Below, piece by piece: positions 44,501 through 56,500 of a stretch of 64,000 nt of DNA. Each line of letters begins with the position of its first letter. Positions within the stretch are counted from its first letter, which is position 1. The stretch is from NCBI GenBank assembly GCA_964188305.1, contig OZ076892.1. One strand, given 5' to 3'. Origin of the DNA: Podarcis bocagei (taxonomy: Eukaryota). A program made the position numbers and the translations under genes. The notes beneath the pieces are model-generated. The model had not been told where the DNA came from. It made no database searches and saw only the letters and a list, made by a program, of their open reading frames with translations.

Positions 44501-47500
44501 CTTAAAAAAAAAAAAAAAACCACCCAAGAAGTGTGCAAAAGCAGAGTCAGGCAATTGTAAATTCTCTCTCGCAGTTTTCTGGTTTTGTGCAATCGAGGGG
44601 ATCAAAAGGAAAATAGGGAGAGGGAAAGAAGGGACATATATAGGGTTAAGCTCTTGACATGCCCTTACCAGCAGGGTGGAAAAGAAATGAAAGCTATTGA
44701 TAATTCTCAGCACACACTTTTTAGGTTGCTGCACAATATATCTGTTGCAGCCATTTTTAATGTGGTTTGCTTGTGCAGTTTTCTGGTTTTGTGCAAATCT
44801 GACTAAGCATTTAGAAAAAAATTCTGACAGTAAGAGCTGTTTGGCAGTGGAACAGAGTGCCACGAGAGGTGATGGAATCTCCTTCCTTGGAGGTTTTTAA
44901 GCAGAGGTTGGATCTGTCATGGATGCTTTAGCAAAGATTCCTGTATTGCAGGGGGTGGACTAGATGACCCCTGGGTCCCTTCCAACTCTAAGATTCTATG
45001 ATCAAAAGAAAAAAAGTTCTCTTCTGGAGTTTTCTGGGGAAAGTTGCAAAAACAGCTGGAAAAGCAACGAAAACACTGAGGAAGTTGTGGGCATGGAAAA
45101 GAGAGTAGCAAAAAGTGACAATTAATCTAACCACCCAAAAATACCAAAACAAATGGTCAGCGACCGCAAGTGGAGTGGTTTGGAATCTAATTTCCTGCAA
45201 GGGAAGAAGTATTGAATTTAATCTTGTCCAAGGGTTACACGTATTAAATGGAGACGCAAACAGCTGCAAAAACACCGTAAACTCCAGGATGGACAAGCCC
45301 CCAATTCAATCTGGGTCTTGGCATAGAAAGCAGATTGGTCACCCTGATAAATGATTTATGTCAAGAGGGTGATGGAAAAGTGCTACCATACTGAATATCC
45401 AGGACCACTCATGACTTCCTGTATGTTCTAGGTCGCCTCTATAGGTTAGGAATTGTGGGAATGGCCATCCAGTGGTTTCACTCCACTTCTGGTGATTTCC
45501 AGAAGATGGCGCTGGGGGACAACTGCTCAGCCCTGTGTCATTTATACTATGGGGTCATGCAAGTCTTCATCTTTTTTTCTTTTTAGCCTGCTAGGCCTTT
45601 AAAGTGTTTTACTACTTGAAATTCTGGTTTTCTGCTGCTCTGCTTATTCTTTTACTTTTTTTTTTTTTTACTTTTTATAGCAACTTGCTGTATTTTGCTG
45701 CTTTATGTGCTGCAAAAATCCCTGGAATCATGAATGAAGAGCAGTATAAAAATCCCAAAATGAGTATAAATTAAATAAATAGAGCAACCTCCACCTACTT
45801 GGTGCCCTCCAGATGTTTTGGACGAAAATTCCCATCTGCCCCAGCTAGTATGGTGGGGGCTGATGGGAGTTGTAGTTCAAGACATCAGGAAGGCAACAGG
45901 TTGGTGAAGGCTGCTCTACTTGGAATAGAGTACTACAGCTGAAGTTTCAGGCAGAAATGGGTCTTCTTGAGATTCTTTAACAAAGGTAGCCTGGGGACTG
46001 AAGTGCTCCACCACATCGCCTCTGACCATCAATGTGAACACAAAACAAGAATGCCAGAAATGGGCGAGATCTTCCAACATGTTATGCAGAGTGCAGAATT
46101 GCTGAATCAGGACAAGCCTTATGGCTTATTCCCCAATCCATCCCCTGCCACACACCTCAAGTTTCTATGGTTTGGACAAATCAGCAACTGAAGTCAGGAG
46201 GGCTCCCAAAGTGGAGGAAGGACTGTGCTGTCTCTGTGGTCTCCAAACAGCTTTGAAGACACGTGCCCCTGTCTCTCTCACCCACCTGATTTGGACTGGG
46301 CATCAGGAGCTGTAATCTCAACTATCAGGCTCTCCAAGGCCGTCCCCCTGCGGTTGATCTCATCCACAAGAACTCCTTTCCCTGTCCATTCTTCCAAGAT
46401 CACCTGTTAAAGAGATCACAGTCAGGCATCAGAAGGTGGACAAAGGCAAGTAGGGCATGCCAAGACTTGGCTGGCCCTGGTGCACATTTATATCTGACCT
46501 ATCCCTTTAACATCAAGTGAATACTTACAGCGGCTTACAAATTTGTCAAAACAACAAATGAAATAACGTTAGAACATGGGAAACTATCAGAACAGATTTA
46601 AAGCATTTAAAATGCCAGTAAAACGAGTGTGTTTTCAATGCCTGCCTAAGGCTGGGCAATCAAGGGACCAGACATGCTGTAATCTGGATGCCGCAACCCA
46701 AGAAAGGGGCCACAGCAGAAAGTTCTCAGGTAGTTTTCTATGGAAGGAAGCAATTCCTGAAACACCAGGCTGGGCCCCAGGGAAAGGTATCCTCCACCAG
46801 TTCCACTGCACAAAGTACTATTGGATGCAAAAATCCAACATCTGGAGAACTTCAGCTTCCATGTTTTCTTTCAAAACCCATAATGATGTGAAGACAGGCC
46901 TGAATAGATGGCCATAATCCTGCCAAGTCTCAACAGAAAAGCGGGGAGGGGCAGAGCAGCTTTTGCCAACCTGGTGGTCTCCAGATGTTTTGGATACTGA
47001 CTCCCCTCAGTCCCAGCTATCAGGTTTGGAAAGGGCAAGCAGAATTTCTAGTACTCAGGAACTGGTGCCTGGTGCTCTGCATATCTCTTTGCCTCAGGTC
47101 AACCTCAGAAGCAGAATATATTTTGCAAAACAAGCAAACTGATACAAATCTGCAATGGCCCAGGGCACGGCCTGAAGGCACACAATGCATCAGTCTTGCT
47201 GATGCTTAACAGGTGTGTCTGCCCAGCACTTGGGATGCATCACCCACCTGGGCAGCCCTTTGGGTTAATTTAATTTAATTAGTTTATTGCAAAATTTATA
47301 AACCGCTCTGCATTCAGAGGCTACCCGATAGAACAAAAGACAAATATCATTTGCACAATGCCACAACCCAGATCTCAAGATTAATTTTGGGGGAGGTGCA
47401 GAATTGTGATTTGTTCGTTCACAGAGTACACCACAGCTCTGGCTATAGGAAGACTAGAGAAAGCCTACAAGAGAGGGTCCCCCCAAGAGCTTCCTGTATT

Positions 47501-50500
47501 TGTTGCCGTTTCAGAGGAAACTAGCCCCTATTCAGACCATCAACCCAGATGCAGTGACGCTCTTCTGTTTATGTTGTTGTGATCTCCCTCCCTCAAGAGC
47601 ACATCTTCCCTAGCAGGCTCTGGGACTCTTTCCTTCTTTCTCTGCCCACCTCAATTTGCTGCATCCGCTTCTCCAACTCATGGGTGCCCAAAGAAGCCTC
47701 TGTGGCTGGGATAGTCGCCTCTGTTTCTTTCAGCCACTGCTTCGTGGATTCAACCAGTTTTCGGAATTCGTCCAACTGTTCTTGGCAGGAAGATGCGCCC
47801 TTCTCTCTGGGAAGTAGAGAGAAAGGTGGCAGGTAAAAAAGTGGGCCAGCTCTGCTAGCCCTTTTCCTAGCATGTATTCCATCAGATGAATTCTAAGTCA
47901 CCGAGAAGTCTGCAACCACAGCAGGCTCAACCTCAACTCCTGCTCCCAAAATGTGTTGGGCTGCTGTGTAAGGAATTATGAGAAAAACAATGTCCAAAGT
48001 ACACTTAACAGCTGCATATATGCCAAGTATTGTTACTGCTCCTTCTGCAACACTGGACCACCTACAGTGGTGCCCCGCAAGACGAACGCCTTGCAAGACG
48101 GAAAACCCGCTAGACGAAAGGGTTTTCCATTTTGGAGGCGCTTCGCAAAACGAATTTCCCTATGGGCTTCCTTCGCAAGATGAAAGCCCATAGGGAAATC
48201 TCCGGGACAGCGGGGAAGCGCAGCGCTTCTTCCCCACTGTCCTCGGACCTCCTCCGAAGGCTGGCAGTGGGGCGGAAAGCCCTTCTCCCCGCACCAGCCT
48301 TCGGAAGGCTCCTCCAAAGGCTGGCGGTGGGGCGGAAAGCCCTTCTCCCCGTGCCAGCCTTCGGAAGGCTCCTCCGAAGGCTGGCGGTGGGGAGAAAAGC
48401 CCTTCTCCCCACGCCAGCCTTCGGATGGCTGTCCTGAAGACTTGCGGTGGGAGGAGGGTTTTCCTTCCCACCGCCAACATTCAGAATGCTGTTCTGAATG
48501 TTGGCGGTGGGGAGGAAAAACCCTCCTCCCACCGCAAGCCCCGGGAACAGAGGAGAAGCGCTGCGCCCCTTCCCCTCTGTTCCCGTACCTGTCCTGAAGG
48601 CTTGCGGTGGGGAGAAAAGCCCTTCTCCGCACCGCCAGCCTGGCAAGCGGTTTCCATAGGAACACATTAATTGATTTTCAATGCATTCCTATGGGAAACC
48701 GTGCTTCGCAAGACGAAAAACTCGCAAGAAGAAAAAACTTGCGGAACGAATTAATTTCGTCTTGCGAGGCACCACTGTATTTGGGACATTGTTGCTCAGT
48801 CCAATGGATTAAGGACTGAAAGGAAATCTCAGCCTCTTCATGCTCTGTTCTTCGTTCCTGGCTGATCAGGCCCTAACAAGGTTATCCACCCACCACAGAA
48901 AAGTGAGCAGACGTTTAGACTAAGTTCTCCTGTTAAGTAAATTCTGCCAAAGCCAACCACCACCTCCCAGTCATGCTGAGAAAACACTGAGGCAGAGATG
49001 GTCTACACCCTTCCCGAAACCTTCAAGTTATCAAAATGTCAGTTTATGACAGCTTTGTTCTTCAACCTTCTCTCTGCCTCTGTCTCTGGTGTGAGGTAAG
49101 TAGGTTTTAACTCACTACCACCATCAAAGAAAGAAAATAAACTTGGTGTTCCCAGGAAAAGCATTGCCTTGACATGTCTTTGTCAGGCTGTGACTTTAGA
49201 CAGGGGGGTTCTCCATCTTTGTGGTCCCAGGGACACATTTGGAAACCTAAGAAGCTATCACAGGCACGAGAAAACACTCATTCCATAGAAGAAAAACTGA
49301 TGATGCTCAGACATCCTCCATTCCAAAGAAAAGACAACTTTCCCCCCACCCAAAAAAAAGCAGACAACTCCCTCCAAAACATGACCTCTGGAAAAAAGTC
49401 AAAGCAGCCCTCATTAAAAACAAAACAACAACAACGAACGAGAACCAAGCTTTAGATACATGTTGGTTCTGACATTCCTTCTCCAACTGGTGTGAATTTC
49501 TATTGAGCAAAAATTCACGACTAAGCACCAGCCACATTGTTTGGAAACCACACTGGCAGGAAAGGAATTAAGTTGTAAAAGGAGCCATATTACGAAGCTG
49601 GATCTTGGCCCCCTTCCAAACATGCCCTCCACCTCCGCAAAGGACAAGATGCAGGGCCACTTGCACTGTCTCTTGTGCATGTGGCACAACCCTCGGTCCT
49701 TCTGCATGCAAAGCAGATGCTCTACCCCTGAGCTGCAGAGTGTCTGCTCATCACCACCTTTGTATCACAGAGCAGCAAAGAGCACCCCTTACCGTTCCCT
49801 TGCTGCTTTCTGTAACTGCATGAAGTCTTTCCGCAAACTGTGCACCTTCTCCTGGTGTGAGGAGGAGCTTGCTGCTGCAAAACCACAAGAGCTCAGCTCC
49901 GTGGTCAGATGTTCCAATGTGTCTAAGTCCTCGTGGTGCTGCTTCATCTCAGAATTCAATTCCTGGCAACAAAGCAGGGGTGGATGGAATGTTGCCATTA
50001 GAACAAAGAGCAGTGTCCAACACACAGGTCCAAGTTGGTCCTCTGGGACAAATTCACTACAGAAAGCCGCCAGTGGAGACTGCACAGCTCATGTCAGCTC
50101 CTGGAAGCCATGTGTGACTAGGGGTGTTGTGGGGAGGCAGAAGGGATATGCATGTGTGTGTGTATGTGCGAAGAATTTTTATTCAGATCATGCTGAAAGG
50201 CAATTATACCAAATTTGCACTTCCCAAAACAACACACAAGCCAAAATGCAGCCATCCTTTGAAATTCACACTTCTCTAAATTTTGCATATATGAGGTAAA
50301 GTGAGCATTAAAAGGCTCCTATTAGTGAAAGTCAATTGTCAATATTTGGTTTGATTGTACTGCTAGCCACTTTGAGCTTCCAACGAGGAAAGGTGGAGTA
50401 CAGAACTATTAAGTAAAGGCCAATTTGAGGGCCATATTCCTTCCTTGTTAACATTTAGGGGCCACATGCTAGCAACGGGCAGGGCCAATGCAAAAGGCAG

Positions 50501-53500
50501 CTGGGTGGATCCACCCCACTCTCCCTCACTTACACACCCACCCACATAAGAGACACCCACTTATTCACAAACTCCTTCCCTCCTCCATCTTGCTCTCTCA
50601 CACACATTCTCCCCCAGCAATCAGGATTACAAATGAGCCCTCGTTTTCAGTGTTCAAACTCTGAGCATGCTGCATTCCCATGCATGTAAAAGCTGCTTTA
50701 TTCTGAGCCAGACCTTTGGTCCATCAAGTCCCCAAAGGCCTTTCCCAGCTTTGCACCTCAAAGTGCCAGGGACTGGACCTAGGCACCTGTGCATACAATC
50801 CTGTGGCTCCACTCCTGAGCTATGCCTGGTCCCCCATCACTCCTCTCTGTCTCTCTCCACCATCATCTCACCTGGATCTGTTGGGAGAAGTGAGCAATGT
50901 CACGATCGGGCTGGTTTCCCGAGGCCAACAGCCGCATCCTGCTCTCCATGAACTGATGCAGTTTCTCAGAGAGGTGCTCGTACTGCTCCACCTTGGGGAG
51001 GAGATCCTTCAAGGCGTCCTCCTTCTCCTGCTGCTGCCGGCAAAGGCTGCCAAAGCGCTCTGTCACCTCGGCCAGCTTGCTCTGCAGAGCGGCAGCTGTG
51101 GCACTGTCGGCGGTCTCCATGAAGCGGGTCACCATCTCCCGGGTGGCTTCGAGGCTGCTCTTTTGCCTGGCGATGTCCTGCTTCAGCTTCTGTTAACGGA
51201 CACACAAGGGCAGGCAGGCAGACATAAGGATTGGGGGGAAGGAATTCTGTTCTGCTCGCTTTTCACAGCCAACTGACCCAATCCTGAACTTCATTGTGGA
51301 TTGAAACGCAACTCCCTGTTGGACTACGCATGTCTCTTGCTTTTGCAGTGCAGTTTTGGTGCATTCCAAAGTGTGCATAAAAATACTTTAGTCTACCCTG
51401 CACAGAAATATTTGGGAAGAAAACCATGGGCAGAAAGCAAAGACAAACCCCGGCTTACCATGTTTGTGGCGAGAGACTCCTGGATGGAGGTGGAGGAGAA
51501 AGCAGCCACGTCTTCCCTCTGGAGGTTCCTCTCTACCTCAGCCACGGACTGAAGGAGGCTCTCCAGCCCCTCCTGCACACTCTGGGACTGGGCGATGGAC
51601 TTCTGCAAGAGGTCTGAGCGTTCTGCCATCTGACAGGATAGGTTCTGGAAACGGCTCACGAGGGAATCTGAGGGAGCACCAAATCCATTACAAACTGGGT
51701 GCGGAAAATTAAAATGGGTGGAGGGCTTCCAGTACAGTACCCCATAGTTCGTGTGGGGTCCAGCTGCCACAAATCACTCAGCCGTGTAAAAGGCCAACTA
51801 AGGAGGTTGAGAAATGTTATTTCTCAGAGCTGGCCAGCCCAAGGCACTTTGGTGCTGGAGGTGGTGAACTCAAACAGCACCTTCCCATTTCCAGAACCCC
51901 CCTGGGAAGTCCACAGAGCAACAAGGGCCAGAAAGCAGCTCTTTCCATCCTTACCTGTGGTTTCCTGAATGCCTCTGTGAACAGGTAAGGGCGCTTCGTG
52001 TATTTCCAAGAGGGACCGAGCTGCCTTCTCAAGCCTCTCTACAGGCACTTGGTGCTCTGCAAGGTCTTCCTGCAGGTGCTGTTGCAATTGACATGGCAGG
52101 AATTAGAGCAGGGACAGACATGAAGAATAAGCTGCAGCTCTTTGATATAATATCTCAATAAATCCTGGCTGTGGTTAGGGAAGGGCCATATGTTAGTGGC
52201 AGGGCATCTGTTTGCACATGGAAGGTCCTCAGATCAATCTTGGGCATCTTAAGGTAGGGCTGGGAGAGACCCCTACCTGAAAACTTGGAGAGCTGCTGCC
52301 AGAGACCAACCAATGGTCTGACTCAATAGAACACAGCTTCCTATGTTCATAATATACTTAATCATCATGGACACTCTGTGTTTTTAACCATCATTGATCT
52401 TGCCAACTTTGATGGCAACTAACTGGGCCAAGCTTTTTGGGGGTAGGCAGTGCCTTACGGGCAGTGAACTGGTCATTGGTTATTGACATACGTTGGTCAC
52501 GTTGCACTGGTTTTTTTGTTGAATTGTTGCTGGGTGGGTTTAATTGGTTTATTCCTGAATCATAAGTTTTAATTTTGTTGCTATCACTTTGGAAGTCACC
52601 CAGGGAAATATTTTCATTATGAGATGAATAAATGGAATGAATGGATGAATGAAATATTCAGTGGAGAGGAAAATGTACTTTGCACACGTCTGTGCTCTTT
52701 TGGGGGCTACACATTCTATGAGATCAAGCAAGGCAGCATACTAGGCTTCCCCATGTGAGTGCCCTCTGAATGTTGTTGGACTACAACTCCCATTATCCTT
52801 GGCTGCTGCCCATGCTGCCTGGGGCTGATGGAAATTGGAATCCAACAGCATCTGGTGGGTAGCAGTTTTGGTGAAGGCTGCCATATATGTAATGTACAAC
52901 GCCATATGCTAACCCAGATTCCTAACAATTCCAAGACTAAGCCAGGGGAGCTATGAGCCCTGTTCACTTACTTTGGCACTGGCAAGCTGCCTCTGTAAAA
53001 TGGCTGGATCTGAAGAAACAGGCTCTGACAGGAGAGTTGCCATAGCCTCTTCACTCTCTTGTAGCCACGTCTGGAGAGATTCTGCTATGTCCTGGAACTG
53101 CTGAGAGCGATCCAGGAGCATACTCAGATGGGAACCAAGCGCAGTGCACTGCAAAAAAGGAGACAATTGTCACAGATGATTCTGCGGTAAGTCTAAGGCT
53201 AAGGTGCAATAGCAAGGTTCAGGTTTTGCCCCACCCCACACAGATGGATAGCCAAGATGACAACCATGGTCAGTTGTAGAGATCATAAGGGATTAGAAAG
53301 CTCACTTTCCAATTTCCCACAATCAGTAGCTTATAATTATATTTATATCCCACCTTCTCTCCAAAGAGCTCAAGTGGCAGACATGGTTCTCCCCCTCCTA
53401 TATTTTATCATCGTGTTAACTGTGGGTTAGGCTAAGCTAAGAGGCAGCGACTAGCCAAGGTCACCCAGTGAGCCACATGGAGATTTGAACCCCCGGGCTC

Positions 53501-56500
53501 CCAGAACGTAGTCCAATACTCTGTCACTATGCTATACCAAGGCTATGTACAAATCATAAAAAAAATCAACAACATGGGAGGCCCACATTAAGCTCCAGGA
53601 ATGAAGACATATCACAGTGGTTCCCAAAGTTCCCACCTTCCATGCTTTATATTTAAAATTTTACTGCTATTTTATTTTTCATGCATAATTCTTATCTGAA
53701 TTTTATTGTGTTCTTATCTTCCTTAGTGGGTTGTGCAAACTGCTCTTCTGAATAACAATTGTTTTTTTGTTTTTGTTTTTAAAAAGGGGGGGTTGGGTGG
53801 CATTGGAGATGAGTTTATGGAACGGGGGGGGGGTGGTGTTGGCCCCAAACTTTTGGGAACCACTGTCCTATGGCCTGCTTGTTCTACATCCAGAGGTCTA
53901 CACCTTCTTTTTATCACTGTTCTTGTACCTTGGAATGGAGAGAACTGTATCGTTTGGTGGCATCGTCCAACTTGTTCTTCACCAGCACCCCAGTAGCTGA
54001 AACCTCAGGCCTTGGAGGCCCCCCAGCAGTCCCAGCTTCTGCTGCCACCTTCTCTGCATCCAGCACTTTCTGCCCGGACATTGTCACAAAGCGCAAATCC
54101 CCCTTGTGTGAGATTACATCTTCTGCAAAGCTGCTCTGCCGCTGGAGCAGGGGCTGAAGGGACTCGAGGCTGCCGTCTCCTGCACGCATCCTTTCCAGCT
54201 CTTGCTCGGCCTGCTCCAGCCAAGCCTCAAACTCCACATGGTCCCGGAGGAATTTCTGCAGCTCATCCCGGAGCGCCTGTGATTGCTTGAGCCGCACCTC
54301 AGACTGAGACAAGGTGGTGGCATACTGTCCCTTCAGCTCCTCCAGTCTCCCCTGCAGCCTCTGCTTCTCCTCCGGGGCAAGACTGTGGCCTTGCTTGTCC
54401 AGGAAGGCCTGGGCTGACTGCGTAGCTAGAATGACTTCTTGCTGCTGAGAGAGAAGCTCCTGATGGCGGACCTGGAACAACAGCAGCAAACAACCAGGCT
54501 GAAGTACATCCAAGTCCACACTGACCGCGTGAAATTAGAACCTGGGCCCTTTACAAGGCTAGGGAGGGAAACTGCAGCCACCTTCAAAAATGCAAAGCCT
54601 TCATACAGTTCTGCAGTATCGAGCCCATAGGGCTAGCCCTACTGTTAGGCAGCATGAGGCAACTGCCACAGGTGGCAAATGTTGGGGGACAGCGGGGGCA
54701 GGCCTCCCTCCCTCAGCTGTTCTTTCTGACTATCCTGATTTTACCAACTTCTGCCAGAAGACAGAGCTCCCCACAAAGGAATGCGGTTCTTGGGGATGAA
54801 AAAGGTCCCCACTCCTGACTTTCAGCAAATGTGTTCTTAGCTTAGCTGGATTTTACACCTAGATCTTTAACTCAACCCTCCATCCAGCAGACCCCACCAA
54901 CCTTCAAGCTCTCATAGTGCAAAGTGAGATCTTCTTCAACTCTGTCAGCCTCCTTGAATCCACCATCAGGGTTATCTTGGACTCTTCCAGTCACTAGACC
55001 CACTCGGTGGTGTTCAGCTTCTGTGAGCTCCTTGGGCTGCTCTAGTGATGCCACCCAGTGCAGAAGAGATTCAATCTTACTCTTATTTTCTTCAAAGTCT
55101 TTGACAGCTCTAATCTGGAAACAGAGCAGAGTGCATAGGAAGCTGATAGATTACAAAGCACAGAATGGGTAAATATGGGCTAGAATTTTGCATGCCGCAG
55201 AAGCATCCCACTACAATTCACAGAGCACTGGATAACACATAGCCTCTTATAAGTTTACCCAACTCCCTCCTAATGCGAAGGAGGGATCTTCCACACCAGT
55301 TCCAGGTTGTGTGGTGCTGTACCTTTTCTGTTTGCTGTTGCACCACAGTGCTCACAGCACTCTCAAGCTCCTTCTGCGCCGCCTCCGTCCTCTCTTGCAG
55401 GGACTGGTACTGCTCCTTGGCCTGGCAGAGCCTTTCCTGCAGGGATGCCAGTTCCTTGGGGTCCAGTTTGGTCCGGTTCTCCTCCAGGAACTCCTCTGTC
55501 GCTTTCAAGACACCGGCAAAAGAGGCTGCTCGGCTGTGCAGGCTTCTCTGCAAGTCCTAATGGCAGAAATCAAAAGAGCAGCAAAGAGAGTGACCATCTC
55601 TGGCATAACTGTAAGCTGGTATTCACAGACTTGTAATGATGCTGAGTTCTTGAGGCAAGAGGCCACTGATTTCTGAGCAGAGATTATGCTTAGATTTCAT
55701 GCTGTCCTGTTGATTTTATTAGAACTGTTGAATTGTTAGTTTGCTTTTATATATGGTGCACCAACTCTGCCCTGGGATTACCGGCTTGAGGGATGTGTTA
55801 CAAACGAAACAAAGCAAATAAACAAGCCACACACCTTGCATTGTAACAAAGACAGAACAAAACATGAGTGCAGATGCTGGAGTGTGGAAAGAAGAAACAC
55901 CCAGCAAACCAGCCTGGTCACAAGGTGTGTTTTGCCACCTGGCCTACCAGCTCCATCAAGGGAAACACAGTGCAGTGGTCCAGCCTCCTTCAATTGTGTT
56001 CTCACCTTAACGTCACTCTGGCTCTGTTGCAGTACAGAGAGGTCCCCTTCCCTCACTGCTCCCTGTGGATCCACCAGTCTGTGCTCAGCCTGGTTCATCC
56101 AAGTGCACAACTCCTCCAGTTTCTGGCTGCGTATTGCCTGCTGTTCTTGAAGTGTCTGTTTAGATTTTGGATTGTTTAACAAAAACAAAGCACCTGTTAA
56201 TGCCGTTCAACTCAACTGTTAAAACCACAAATACAAGCCAAACAAGTTGCAAAACAGAAAGCACTTAAGCAGATGCAGTCAATGGCTCGCAAGAGGCATC
56301 ATCTCTCTCACACACACTCTCTTGCTTCACCCTTTACTTTTGCTCTAGACAGTCATTTAGGTCCATTGTCTGGCACATCAAAGCATATATGGTTTAAAAT
56401 GGAGTCATTTGCCATCTAGGTTCTTTCTTCTGCCTTTAATTCCCTCTTTTATTCCCATATAGCAGCCCACTTCTCAAGGACTGATGTTGACCTGATGGCT

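Noticed and set aside
48250-48430. Regularly spaced palindromic repeats resembling a CRISPR array
   Set aside because: No unique spacers, located inside a eukaryotic MITE, no cas genes
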